Assembly: GCA_963731895.1 (NCBI GenBank)
Contig: CAVSXO010000025.1
Coordinates: forward strand, 11,777-75,776
DNA from: an uncultured Solirubrobacterales bacterium
Lineage (GTDB): Bacteria > Actinomycetota > Thermoleophilia > Solirubrobacterales > JBBDJG01
DNA: 64,000 bases
Reading direction: 5' to 3'
The notes under the pieces are model-generated. The model was not told where the DNA came from. It ran no database searches and saw only the letters and a list, made by a program, of their open reading frames with translations. A program made the position numbers and the translations under genes. This document shows positions 54,085 through 63,637 of the stretch, one piece after another (the first letter of the stretch is position 1; every line of letters begins with the position of its first letter).

Positions 54085-55072
54085 TCAGGGCGCCTGCGGA
54101 ACAGGCTCGGAACGTTCGCGGTTGCGTTCCCGCCAGTCCTTCCATCTCACGAGGTGAGGCTCGCCGCGCTCACGGTAAGGGACCTCGATCAGGTCGAAGT
54201 CGCGCGGTACCACCGTGCGCTCGAACACCTCCCGCGCCTCCTTCTCGATCGCAGGCGCGAAGTAGCGCGAGGACAGATGCGTCAGGGCGAGCAGGGAGAC
54301 ATCGGCCCGCTCCGCCACCTCGGCGGCCTGGCGGGCGGTCGAGTGGCCCGTCTTGCGGGCGCGTTCGGTCTCCTCCTCGGCGAACGTGCCGTCGTGGACG
54401 AGCAGGTCGGCCCCCTGCGAGACGGCGACCGTCGCATCGCATGGCTCGGTGTCGCCGGTGAACACCACCGTGCGCCCCGGGCGCGGCGCCCCCATCACGT
54501 CCCGCGGCTCGATGACGCCGCCCGGAGTCTCGACCGGCTCCCCGCGCTGGAGGCGGCCGAACTGCGGGACCTGCGGGCACGCCCAGCCCCTCGGCCAGAA
54601 CAGGGTCGAACCGGCCGGGCCGCTCGTCCTCGACCAGCGCGTACCCGAGTGCCTCGAGCCGGTGCACCGCGGCGTAGGCCCCGATGCGCCAGCCGTCCAT
54701 CTCGACGCAGTCGCTCGGACGCAGCTCGTGCAGCCGCACGTCATAGGTGAGCCGCCCGTAGACCCGCCGCAGGTCGCTCATCAGGCCACGCAGGCCCGGC
54801 GGCCCGTAGACGGTCAGCGGCACATCGCGGCCCCGCATCGCGAAGGTCTTCAGCATGCCGGGCAGTCCCAGGAAGTGGTCGGCGTGGAAGTGGGTGAGGA
54901 AGACGTGCTCGACGTCCGGCAGCCCGACGCTGCGCAGCAGCTGGCGCTGCGTCCCCTCGCCGCAGTCGATCAGCACGCGGTCGCCGCCGCGCCGCACGAG
55001 CACGCTGGCCGGGGCGCGCTGGACGGTCGGCATCGAGCCGGCCGTGCCGAGGAACAGGACGGAGAGATCCAT
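54085..55072 (-). pseudogene. rnz: ribonuclease Z (one frame change at ~54590)
   Basis: MDLSVLFLGTAGSMPT...VLIDCGEGTQRQL...VFLTHFHADHFLGLPGML. The second frame gives VVFTGDTEPC...LLVHDGTF...GHSTARQAAEVA...LALTHLSSRY. Confidence 0.85.
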
Positions 55073-55111
55073 GGGCGCCTATCTTCGCTGACCGCGCCGC
55101 GGGATAATCGC

Positions 55112-55945
55112 GTGGTGCCCGATCCTCCGAGCGAGAACGTGCAACTGCTGCTCCGCGTGTACGGCGTGTGGCACTCCGGCGATCTGGCACGGATACTCGA
55201 GTTCCTCGACCCGGAGTTCGAGTGGGTGAACCCCGACAACGCGGTCGATCCGGGCATACGCCGCGGCCACGACGGCTTCGCGCTGGTGATGCGCAACCTC
55301 GAGGCCACGTTCGCTCACCAGGACCATGTGCTGGGGGACTACGAGGAGCTGGGTGAGGGCCGGGTGCTCTGGCACACGATCTTTCACGCACGCGGACACA
55401 GCGGTGCAGCGGTAGACGTTCCGGAGCAGCACCTCTGGACTCTGCGCGACGGGAAGGTCCTGCGCCTGCAGTGGTTCCACAACGCCGAAGAGGCGCGCCG
55501 CGCCGCCGATGCGGCGGACCGGGAGGTGGAGGAGTCGCTCGACGAGCGGCTGCGCGCGGGCTATCAGGCCTTCAACGACGGCCGCGTGAACGGGATCCTG
55601 CCCGAGCTGGAGCCAGACGTGGAGATGGTCATCTCAATGGGGGGTCCCGAGGGCACGACCGTGTTCCGCGGGCACGCCGGCATGGCAGAGTGGGCCCGGG
55701 AGATGGGCGATGTGTGGCGCGACATCCAATTCGAGCCGCTCGAGGTGGAGGTCGAGCCCAGCGGGCGGCGGGCGCTTGCGGTCGTCCGGGTCTCCACGCG
55801 CGGCCGGGCCAGCGACATGGGCCTCGAGGGGACGGAGGGCCACGTGGTCACGCTCGGCCCCGCCGGGAAGGTCGCGCGACTGGAGGGGTTCCGCGATCTG
55901 GACCTCGCGCGGGCCGCCTTCGAGGGCCCTTCCCCGGGTCTATGA
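55112..55945 (+). CDS. protein with two SnoaL/NTF2-like (ketosteroid-isomerase-like) domains
   Basis: GTG 55112. Two similar halves: NVQLLLRVYGVWHSGDLARILEFLDPEFEWVNP...LWTLRDGKVLRLQWFHNAEEA, and LRAGYQAFNDGRVNGILPELEPDVEMV...VVTLGPAGKVARLEGFRDLDLA. Confidence 0.6.
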   Translation: MVPDPPSENVQLLLRVYGVWHSGDLARILEFLDPEFEWVNPDNAVDPGIRRGHDGFALVMRNLEATFAHQDHVLGDYEELGEGRVLWHTIFHARGHSGAAVDVPEQHLWTLRDGKVLRLQWFHNAEEARRAADAADREVEESLDERLRAGYQAFNDGRVNGILPELEPDVEMVISMGGPEGTTVFRGHAGMAEWAREMGDVWRDIQFEPLEVEVEPSGRRALAVVRVSTRGRASDMGLEGTEGHVVTLGPAGKVARLEGFRDLDLARAAFEGPSPGL

Positions 55946-55955
55946 TGAGCCACGA

Positions 55956-56028
55956 GCGCGCATAGCTCAGTGGATAGAGCGCTGCCCTCCGGAGGCAGAA
56001 GTCGCAGGTTCGAATCCTGCTGCGCGCG
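55956..56028 (+). tRNA. tRNA-Arg (anticodon CCG)
   Basis: Cloverleaf read by hand: acceptor gcgcgca/tgcgcgc, D arm gctc-agtggataga-gagc, anticodon arm ctgcc-ctCCGga-ggcag, T arm gcagg-ttcgaat-cctgc, discriminator g. No encoded CCA. Confidence 0.9.
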
Positions 56029-56262
56029 TCTGCGACAGAGGCGGCATCATGCGGCCAGCCGATCCGCGACCTCGCTAGGCGTTTCCGCGCAAGTTTGCGT
56101 TCGGGGCCTTGGCGCCGGTTGCGCCCGTGCAGGTTCGGCCATAGCGGCTTGGTACCGAACCCACAAAGACGGAGGAGCGCCGAAGAAACGGCACCGGATA
56201 TACGCCCCGAGCGAGGCAATAAGGGCACTCGCCGAGTGTCGGGTAGTCAAGGTGCCTGAATC

Positions 56263-56826
56263 TTGGTGGAGCAACGTGAACATTCGAAGCGCGGCATCGG
56301 AATCTTCTCCCTGAACGCGACGGGACGGGCAAGACGACCATCGGCGTAGGCTTCGACCCAGCGTGGTCGCCCCGCGGAGACCTCATCGCTTACTGGCGTG
56401 GCCCGCCCCTGGTCGACGTCTTCACGATGCCGGAGCGGGACCGGGGCCTTCAACGTCACGAACGATCCGAGCACCGACGACCACTCGCCCGACTGGGCGC
56501 CCGACGGCAACAGGATCCTCTTCTACCGCGACGGTGTGCTGCACACCATCCACCCGGATGGCACAACCATGACTCCGGTCGTCCCGGGCATCGTCCCGGG
56601 CTTCTCGCCTGACGGGGCAAGGCTCGTGTACGTCGAGCTCGACTCCCGGCGCATCGCCACCGCGAACCTCGACGGGTCGGACGTGCAGGTGATATCGCCG
56701 GGCCTGGGCTACAACCCGGATTGGCAGCCGCTCCCGGGACCGCGGCGCAGCGACTACAAGAACGCTGCGCAGTTCTGCAAGGCCGAGCGCGACTTCCTCG
56801 GGGGGACTCGCTTCCGCGAGCGCTAG
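56263..56826 (+). pseudogene. short PD40 (TolB-like beta-propeller repeat) protein, two frame changes, no signal peptide seen
   Basis: GIFSLNATG, then GKTTIGVGFDPAWSPRGDLIAYWRG, then FNVTNDPSTDDHSPDWAPDGNRILFYRDGVLHTIHPDGTTMTPVVPG.VPGFSPDGARLVYVE...IATANLDGSDVQVIS.GLGYNPDWQP. Confidence 0.55.
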
Positions 56827-59087
56827 ACCGCGGCCGGCTCGGCCGCCCGCACCGGCGCCAGCTCGACCGGGATCCCGTTCAGCACCGCATTCCCGGAGGG
56901 CACGTCCACGGCTGACTCGTCGGCGAGGATGTTGCTGTTCGCGCCCGCGTGGGCGGCGGCCACCTCCATCTTCGCCTCCGGGTCGTCGTGGCCCCAGCCG
57001 TGCGGGACGCTGACCACGCCGGGCATGATCGCGTCGGTCACCTCGACCGGCACCTCGATCGAGCCGCGCTCCGAGGCGACGGTGACCCGTCCCCCATCCT
57101 CGAGCCCGAGACGGGCGGCGTCGTCGGGATGAACGTGGGCCGTACAGCGGTCCTTGCCGCGCACGAGGTTGGGGACGTTGTGCATCCACGAGTTGTTCGA
57201 GCGCAGCTGCCGGCGGCCGATCAGCACCATCCCACCGTTGCGGTGGGCCGCAAGCGACGCCGTCAGGCGGCCGACGTCGGCGACGATCGGCTCCGGCGCG
57301 AGCTCGATCTTCCCGCTCGGCGTCCTCAGGACCTCCGGGATCCGCGGCTCGAGCGGCCCCAGGTCGATTCCGTGCGGTTCCGCCTCCAGCCGTTCCAGGG
57401 TGAGGCCATCGGGGTCCGCACCAAAGTGGTCCCCATAGGGGCCGCTGCGGAGCATCCAGTCGAGCATCCGCTCGGGCCCGCGCCGCGGAGCCAGCTCGGC
57501 CAGCAGTTCCTGCTGGTCACGGCCGGCAAGCGGGGAGGCCGGATCCTGGAGGTCGCGCTGCATCAAGCTGCCGATCACGAAGTCGTCGAATGCGTCCACA
57601 TCGGCGTCCACTCCCTGCCCGGCCGCGATTCCGGTCAGGCGCAGGAGCGTGTGCCATTCGGGCGGCACCGCCGGGTCCGGGCCCAGGATCGCGGGCGAGT
57701 AGTTGGCCACGTTGCGGGCCGCTAACTGGTAGAGCGCGATGTCGTAATGAGAGCGATGCAGCGCCGATGGCGCCGGCAGGATCACGTCTGCGTGGCGCGT
57801 CGTCTCGTTCACGTAGATGTCGAGGCTCACCATCAGCTCCAGCGTGTCGAGCGCACGCCCGAGGCGGCCCGAGTTAGGTGTGCTGACCGCTGGATTCCCG
57901 GCGAAGGTGAACAGCGCCCGGATCTGCCCGTCGCCGGGAGTGTCGATCTCCTCCGCCAGACATGCGACCGGAAACTCGCCCAGCGCCTCCGCCAGGCCCC
58001 GCACGCGAGTGTGCCAGCGGCCGGTCTGGAAGCCCTTGCCCTTCCCCGGCGTCCCGCGGGTGTTCGCCGCGCCGGCCGCCGCCCGCGTGAACATCGCCCC
58101 GCCCGGGCGGTCCAGGTTCCCGGTCAGCACGTTGACCACGTCGACGAGCCAGCTCGACAGCGTGCCGAACTCCTGGGTGCAGGTTCCGATCCGGCCGTAG
58201 ACCGCCGCCCGTTCGGCCGCCGCGAGCTCGCGCGCCAGGCGCCTGATCTCGCCGGCAGCGACCCCGCACACCTCGGCGACGATCTCGGGCGCGAAGCCGG
58301 CGGCGAGCTGCTGAAGGTCGTCGAGCCCCTCGCAATGGTCCGCGAGCGGGCCGGGATCCGCGAGGTTCTCGTCGAACAGGACGTGCACGATCGCGAACAG
58401 GAGGTGGGCGTCCGTCCCGGGCCGGATGAAGTGATGCTCGTCAGCTTCCTCCGCCGTGCGGCTGCGGCGCGGGTCGAACACGACGATGTGCCCGCCGCGC
58501 TCCCGGATCGCACGCAGGCGCCCGCGCATGTCGGGCGCGGTCAGCAGGCTGCCGTTCGAGGCCAGCGGGTTGGCTCCCAGCATCACCAGGTAATCGGTCC
58601 GGTCCACGTCGGGGACCGGAATGCTGAGCGGAGCTCCGAACATCAGCCCGGCGGACACGTGCTTGGGCATCTGGTCGACGGTGGTGGCCGAGAAGATGTT
58701 GCGTGTACCGAGGGCCTTCAGCAGCACGCGGCCGTAGAGCAGCGCATCGAGGTTGTGCGCGTTCGGGTTGCCGAGATACGCCCCCACCGCATCCCGGCCG
58801 TGGCGCTCGAGAATCGGCGTGAGCTTCCGCTCCACCTCGCCCAGCGCGTCGTCCCAGGAGACCTCCTCGAAGCCCTTGGCGGTCCGGACGAGCGGTGCCC
58901 GGACGCGGTCCGGGTCCTCGTGCAGCGGCTTCAGGGCAGCGCCCTTCGGGCATACGAAGCCATGACTGAAGACGTCCTGCTCGTCACCGCGGATGCGGCT
59001 CACCTGGCCGGCCTCGATGGTCAGCTCCAGGCCGCACGTCGCCTCACACAGCGGGCAGGTGCGGTAGGCGGTGAAGGTGTCGTTCAT
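56823..59087 (-). CDS. molybdopterin-dependent oxidoreductase (MopB superfamily, formate dehydrogenase/nitrate reductase-like catalytic subunit)
   Basis: Intact ORF from ATG 59087: MNDTFTAYRTCPLCEATCGLE (N-terminal Cys cluster) ...DVFSHGFVCPKGAAL...MLGANPLASNGS...FDPRRS...C-terminal MGD-binding barrel (VHPDDAARLGLEDGGRVTVASERGSIEVPVEVTDAIMPGVVSVPHGWG). Confidence 0.85.
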   Translation of the reverse strand: MNDTFTAYRTCPLCEATCGLELTIEAGQVSRIRGDEQDVFSHGFVCPKGAALKPLHEDPDRVRAPLVRTAKGFEEVSWDDALGEVERKLTPILERHGRDAVGAYLGNPNAHNLDALLYGRVLLKALGTRNIFSATTVDQMPKHVSAGLMFGAPLSIPVPDVDRTDYLVMLGANPLASNGSLLTAPDMRGRLRAIRERGGHIVVFDPRRSRTAEEADEHHFIRPGTDAHLLFAIVHVLFDENLADPGPLADHCEGLDDLQQLAAGFAPEIVAEVCGVAAGEIRRLARELAAAERAAVYGRIGTCTQEFGTLSSWLVDVVNVLTGNLDRPGGAMFTRAAAGAANTRGTPGKGKGFQTGRWHTRVRGLAEALGEFPVACLAEEIDTPGDGQIRALFTFAGNPAVSTPNSGRLGRALDTLELMVSLDIYVNETTRHADVILPAPSALHRSHYDIALYQLAARNVANYSPAILGPDPAVPPEWHTLLRLTGIAAGQGVDADVDAFDDFVIGSLMQRDLQDPASPLAGRDQQELLAELAPRRGPERMLDWMLRSGPYGDHFGADPDGLTLERLEAEPHGIDLGPLEPRIPEVLRTPSGKIELAPEPIVADVGRLTASLAAHRNGGMVLIGRRQLRSNNSWMHNVPNLVRGKDRCTAHVHPDDAARLGLEDGGRVTVASERGSIEVPVEVTDAIMPGVVSVPHGWGHDDPEAKMEVAAAHAGANSNILADESAVDVPSGNAVLNGIPVELAPVRAAEPAAV

Positions 59088-59313
59088 TGGGTCCCCTGGC
59101 CGTCGAATCCTACTGCGCGAGGTGCCGGGCAAAAAGTCGCGCCGAAAGTGCGTTCGAAAGAGTGGCCGCTTGTGCCAATTCGCGCTAGGCTCGGCCGATG
59201 GATTCGGTTTTCTTGGTCGCGTGGTTTCTGATCGCAGCCGCGTTCGGCGTCTGGATCGTCCGTGAGTGGACGACCCGCCGCGATCGCCGCCACCGATAGC
59301 CGCTGAGGGGTCG

Positions 59314-59496
59314 TCAGTCGGCGCCGTCGGGGCCCAGTGCCCCGAACGTGACGCCCAGCACGACGATCGTGCCGAGGAGATGAATGAACAGCGCCACAAC
59401 GACGCCGGTCGTGGTGCCGGACGCCACCGCGGCGCCGATTGCGCCGGCGGTGAGCGCGGTGACTCCTACGAAGGTGATCAGCACTGCGAGGGCCAT
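59314..59496 (-). CDS. small hydrophobic membrane protein (60 aa, two predicted TM helices)
   Basis: MALAVLITFVGVTALTAGAIGAAVASGTTTGVVVALFIHLLGTIVVLGVTFGALGPDGAD. It lies downstream of a terminator. No homology recognised. Confidence 0.4.
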   Translation of the reverse strand: MALAVLITFVGVTALTAGAIGAAVASGTTTGVVVALFIHLLGTIVVLGVTFGALGPDGAD

Positions 59497-59587
59497 CGCG
59501 GCGGATGATATCCCCGCGCACGGCGCGGGGTAGTACAGCCGCGGCGCCAGACGGTTCCTTCCCGGTCCGAGGCGGAAAACCGTCCCC

Positions 59588-59628
59588 AAAAAACCGGAAA
59601 GCGCCCGCCGGGAGGTCGGACGCTTTCC
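59588..59628 (-). terminator. intrinsic terminator after the 59753-60756 gene pair
   Basis: Minus strand: GGAAAGCG-(17 nt)-CGCTTTCC followed by GGTTTTTTGGGG. Confidence 0.6.
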
Positions 59629-59752
59629 AAGAGGTGCCTTGCCGCTGGCAGGCAAGGTTCTACTTTGGAGGTGCTCCTGTTATCGCCGCTGGCAAACCTT
59701 CTTAAACCACTCTCGTGAATTTTTCTTCATCTGGCCCGATCCTGGGCGCAGC

Positions 59753-59938
59753 CTAGTAATTCGCGGGCGGATCGCTGGCCGGGAATGTCTCCGCGGCTTC
59801 GCGATCCACGCGCTCGTCCTCCGTGTCCTCGTCGCGCTTCGGGCCCTGGCGCTCCCGGTTCTGATCGCCCTCCGGGGGATCGTGGCTCTCGCGCTCGTCC
59901 TGCCCGCGATCGGGGCCGGTGTCGCCCAGGTCCGGCAT
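59753..59938 (-). CDS. small acidic protein with C-terminal ETFPASDPP motif
   Basis: MPDLGDTGPDRGQDERESHDPPEGDQNRERQGPKRDEDTEDERVDREAAETFPASDPPANY. Its ATG overlaps the upstream stop by 1 nt (TGATG). Confidence 0.5.
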   Translation of the reverse strand: MPDLGDTGPDRGQDERESHDPPEGDQNRERQGPKRDEDTEDERVDREAAETFPASDPPANY

Positions 59939-60756
59939 CAGGCGAAGATCACCCCGATCAGGACCGCCGGGGGAATCCCGAGCACGAGCGTGTAGGCGAC
60001 GAGTGACTCCCAGCGCCCGCGGTAGCCGGCCCCGCGCATCAGCAGCAGCGCGGCGCCATGGAACACCGTCACGATGAACGCGCCGACCCCGAGCCCGATC
60101 GGCACCGCGCAGCTGCCGGTGCCGGCATCGGCGCCGACGCCGGAATGGCCGCCTCCCTGCCCGTCGGCGCAGGCAATCGAGGCGATGCCGAGCGCAATCG
60201 TGCCGGCGATCCCGATCAGCAGCGCAAGCTTGTCCCGGGTGGACATGGGTATGTCGTACGTGCCCTCAGGCCCTTCGGCGCCCGCCTCTCGCGACCGCGC
60301 CGGTGCGACCTCGCGGACGGCCTTCACGGCGGTTCCGCCACCCCGATCGCCTTGCCCAGGCTCGATCTCGATCACCGTGATCGGGACGTCGACCTCTCGG
60401 CGCGCCCGTTCCACAACGTCCTCCTCGAGCCAGGTCGCGCGCTCGCGGGGATGGGCCACGACGATCACCTCGTCGGCCGGGAACAGCCGCAATGCGTCCT
60501 CCAGCGCGAGGACCGGATCCGCCTCCCCGACGTCACCCGTGGCCTCGATCCCGCTTTGGCCGAACGCCGCGATCGAGGCTTCGAGGCGGCGGCGGGCATC
60601 GTCGATCTCGTCGTCCACGTCGCCCGCGGCGAGGTCGAGCGGTGACTTCACGAGCGCCGGCGCCACGATCCGGATCTGAGTAGGCCGCCCCTCGACATGG
60701 CGGACGATCTCACGCACCAGCGCCTGGTCGCCGATCACCTCGTTCGCGAGGATCAC
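59938..60756 (-). CDS. membrane-anchored protein with alpha/beta (universal-stress-like) N-terminal domain and three to four C-terminal TM helices
   Basis: (GTG)ILANEVIGDQALVREIV...IRIVAPAL...ADEVIVVAHP...VPITVIE, then LALLIGIAGTIALGIASIA..., IGLGVGAFIVTVFHGAALLLM..., LVAYTLVLGIPPAVLIGVIF. Confidence 0.5.
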   Translation of the reverse strand: MILANEVIGDQALVREIVRHVEGRPTQIRIVAPALVKSPLDLAAGDVDDEIDDARRRLEASIAAFGQSGIEATGDVGEADPVLALEDALRLFPADEVIVVAHPRERATWLEEDVVERARREVDVPITVIEIEPGQGDRGGGTAVKAVREVAPARSREAGAEGPEGTYDIPMSTRDKLALLIGIAGTIALGIASIACADGQGGGHSGVGADAGTGSCAVPIGLGVGAFIVTVFHGAALLLMRGAGYRGRWESLVAYTLVLGIPPAVLIGVIFA

Positions 60757-60879
60757 GATCCGGTGTGCACCGTCCCCCGCGTGGGACGCGCTTTCGGGGG
60801 CTGTCGGTCGAACGCGTTGACATCGCGGCTTGCGTACCCTGGGCTCGACGGGTGAAACCTGCCCCGAACGGGCTCGACG

Positions 60880-61557
60880 TTAGGCGGAGGAGGCAGCCAC
60901 GGCCGCCAGCGGCGTCCGGTCGAGGCCGTCGATCAGGTCCCCGATCGACCCGAACACGACCTCTGCCCCCGCGTCGAGCAGCTCCTGCTCGGAGAACCCG
61001 CCTGTGAGGAGACCCACGGTCGGGATGCCACACCGCCGCGCGGCCTCGCAATCCCAGGTCGAGTCGCCGACCATCACCCCGGGCCCCCCGCCGGCCCGGT
61101 CCAGCCCCGCGGCCACCAGGTCGGGGTGTGGCTTCGTGCGCTCGACGTCTGCGGCGGTGGTCCAGCCGTCAACCAGCTCGCGCGCATCGAGCAGGTCGAT
61201 GTAGTGATCCACCTCCTCGCTCTTCGCCGAGCTCGCCAGGACGACCGCGTGTCCACGCTCCTTGAGCACCTCGATCAGCCGGCGAGCGTCGGGCAGCGGC
61301 GCGATTTCGTCGATCAACGCCATGTAGAGGTCCTTCTCCGCCGCCCGGATGTCGTCCCCGAGCCGCTCCTCGACGTCCTTACCGCACAGCGACCCGACCA
61401 GCTGGTCCCCGCCCATCCCGATGTGACGGTGGATGCGCCATAGGGGCAGCAGGATGTCGTGCCGCCGAAACGCGCGGTACCAGCCGAGCGCATGGTGGTA
61501 GTTCGTGTCGACGAGGGTGCCGTCGACATCGAGGAGTGCTGCGGGCAGCGGCGGCAT
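60880..61557 (-). CDS. HAD-superfamily hydrolase (subfamily IA-like phosphatase)
   Basis: MPPLPAALLDVDGTLVDTNYHH (DxDGT motif I) ...VLASSA (motif II) ...KPHPD...MVGDSTWD (motifs III/IV). Confidence 0.8.
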   Translation of the reverse strand: MPPLPAALLDVDGTLVDTNYHHALGWYRAFRRHDILLPLWRIHRHIGMGGDQLVGSLCGKDVEERLGDDIRAAEKDLYMALIDEIAPLPDARRLIEVLKERGHAVVLASSAKSEEVDHYIDLLDARELVDGWTTAADVERTKPHPDLVAAGLDRAGGGPGVMVGDSTWDCEAARRCGIPTVGLLTGGFSEQELLDAGAEVVFGSIGDLIDGLDRTPLAAVAASSA

Positions 61558-61645
61558 ATGCGTCTTGTACCGGGGTGCGCACGGCGTCAAACCGGCGCCG
61601 GCCACATGTGTTTTCACCCCAGGCCGCGCGGGGTAAAGGAATCGC

Positions 61646-61948
61646 ATGCAGGCCCCGGGCTCACTCATGCTGGTCGCGACGTTCGTGTTTGCGACAGCGC
61701 TGGCGATCGGGCTCGCGGTCGGCCTTGCAGCCCCGATCCTGGCCGTCCCCTTCATCCTCGTGGGATTCGGCGCATTTCTGGCCTGGCGCGGCAAGCGGCG
61801 CGCCGACGCGACTTTCCGTGATCGATACGGCGGGCACGTGCCGAGCACGGCGGAGACCGCTGCCGACCCCGCGGGCGACTCCGGTGTCGCCGCGGCGACC
61901 GCCAGTGGCGCGGACCACCGTCAGCGCGCGGACGCCGGGGGCACCTGA
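61646..61948 (+). CDS. small membrane protein (two TM helices, disordered tail)
   Basis: AAGGA-6 nt-ATG. MQAPGSLMLVATFVFATALAIGLAVGLAAPILAVPFILVGFGAFLAWRGKRR... Confidence 0.45.
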   Translation: MQAPGSLMLVATFVFATALAIGLAVGLAAPILAVPFILVGFGAFLAWRGKRRADATFRDRYGGHVPSTAETAADPAGDSGVAAATASGADHRQRADAGGT

Positions 61949-61988
61949 GCGCCGCGTCCGCCCGGCACGGTCCAGCGCCGTGCGGCCG

Positions 61989-62710
61989 GTGCGGATCGGT
62001 TGCTCAGGTTGGAACTACCGCGACTGGCGCGAGCGGGTGTATCCGGCAGGCATGCCGGCGCGGCGGTGGCTCCAGCACTACGCCACCCTCTTCGACACGG
62101 TCGAGGTCAATCGACCTTCTACCGCCTGCCGTCCCGTGACGCGGTTGCGAACTGGGCCGAGCAGACTCCGCCCGAGTTCCTGTTCGCGGTAAAGGCGAGC
62201 CGCTACCTGACGCACATCAAGCGCCTCACGAACCTCGAGCAGGGCGTGCCGCGCTTCTACGAGCGGATCGAACCGTTGATCGACGCCGGCAAGCTGGGGC
62301 CGGTCCTGTGGCAGCTGCCCGGGAACTTCAAATGCGACCTGGAGCGCCTGGGCGCGGCGCTGGAGCAGCTTCCTCCCGGCCGTCACTGCTTCGAGTTCCG
62401 CCACCCCAGCTGGTTCAGCGAGGACGTCTACGCGCTGTTGCGACGCCATGCAGCGGCGCTGGTCATCGGCGACACTCCGGAGCGCCCGTTCCAGACGTAC
62501 GAGATGACCGCCGATTGGACCTTCCTCCGATTCCACCACGGGACACGTGGGCGGCGCGGGAACTACTCGGCCGGCGAGCTCGCGGAGTGGAGCAACCGCA
62601 TCGCGGACTGGCGAACGCACGTCGAGGTGTTCGCCTACTTCAACAACGACTGGAGCGCGTTCGCTGTGCGCAACGCGCTGGCGCTGAAGCGGGCTCTATC
62701 GGCCGGCTAG
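61989..62710 (+). pseudogene. DUF72 (YecE-like) family protein (one frame change at ~62105)
   Basis: (GTG)RIGCSGWNYRDWRERVYPAGMPARRWLQHYATLFDTVEVN, then FYRLPSRDAVANWAEQTPPEFLFAVKASRYLTH...WQLPGNFKCD...FEFRHPSW...FLRFHHG...YFNND. Confidence 0.8.
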
Positions 62711-63637
62711 GAGCGCGAGCCCGAGGCTCGCGCGCGGCTTCTTGGCCGCCGGCTTGCGCTTGGCCGCCGGCTTCTTCTTTGCGGTCCCGCTCGACCCGGA
62801 CGACTTCTTCGCCGTCGCCGATCCGTTCGAGGCCGTCTTGGCCGGCGCCTTGCGCCGTCCACCCTGTGCCGCGGCGAGGCTCTGCTCCAGAGCAGCCATC
62901 AGGTCGGGAACCTCTTGGCTTTCCTCGGCCATGGGCTGAACCGCGATCTCCTCGCCGGCGGCCTTGCGCTCGATCAGTTCGAGCACACGCTCGCGGTACT
63001 CGTCCCGGTACTTGGTCGGATCGAACTCTGTGGCCTGCGCCTCGATCAGCTGGCGCGCCATCGAAAGCTCGCGCTCGGTCGCCTTCACGTCGGCGTCGGG
63101 CAGCTCGTCGAGGCCCTCCGCGCCGATCAGCTCGTCGGCGAACAGCATCGTCTCCATGGTCAGCACGTCGCCGGCCGGCCGGATCGCCACCAGGTACTCC
63201 TTCGTGCGCAGCACGACCCGGGCAATCGCGACCTTGTTCGTTTCGCGGAGCGCCTCGAGCAGGAGCTTGTAGGCCTTCGCCGCGCCGGTGTCCGGCAGCA
63301 GGTAATAGGGATGCTCGTAGTAGAGCGGGTCGATGTCCGCCACGTCGACGAAGTCCTCGATGTCGATCGAACGGGTCTTAGCCGGATCGAGCGCGTCGAG
63401 CTCCTCCGGCGTGATCACGACGTAGCGGTCGGGGCCGATCTCGAACCCCTTCACGATGTTCTCGTAGGGAACCTCCTCCCCATCCTGGGAGCAGACCCGC
63501 TTCTGCTGGATGCGGGCATGGTCGGCGTCGTGGAGCTGGTTGAACCGCACGGTCTTCTTCGAAACCGCGCTGTACAGCTTCACGGGCACGTTCACGAGCC
63601 CGAAGCTGATCGCCCCTTTCCAAATTGATCTAGCCAT
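62696..63637 (-). CDS. ku: non-homologous end-joining protein Ku
   Basis: Intact ORF: MARSIWKGAISFGLVNVPVKLYSAV...VRFNQLH...GFEIGPDRYVVITPEELD...YYLLPD...AYKLLLEAL...VAIARVVLRTKEYLVAIRP, with a lysine-rich C-terminal tail. Confidence 0.9.
   Translation of the reverse strand: MARSIWKGAISFGLVNVPVKLYSAVSKKTVRFNQLHDADHARIQQKRVCSQDGEEVPYENIVKGFEIGPDRYVVITPEELDALDPAKTRSIDIEDFVDVADIDPLYYEHPYYLLPDTGAAKAYKLLLEALRETNKVAIARVVLRTKEYLVAIRPAGDVLTMETMLFADELIGAEGLDELPDADVKATERELSMARQLIEAQATEFDPTKYRDEYRERVLELIERKAAGEEIAVQPMAEESQEVPDLMAALEQSLAAAQGGRRKAPAKTASNGSATAKKSSGSSGTAKKKPAAKRKPAAKKPRASLGLALLAGR

Noticed and set aside
55956-59400. Integrated mobile element at tRNA-Arg
   Set aside because: No integrase, excisionase, phage or transposase gene was found, and no repeat of the tRNA 3' end could be spotted. 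Only a compositional dip and a damaged small gene support the idea.
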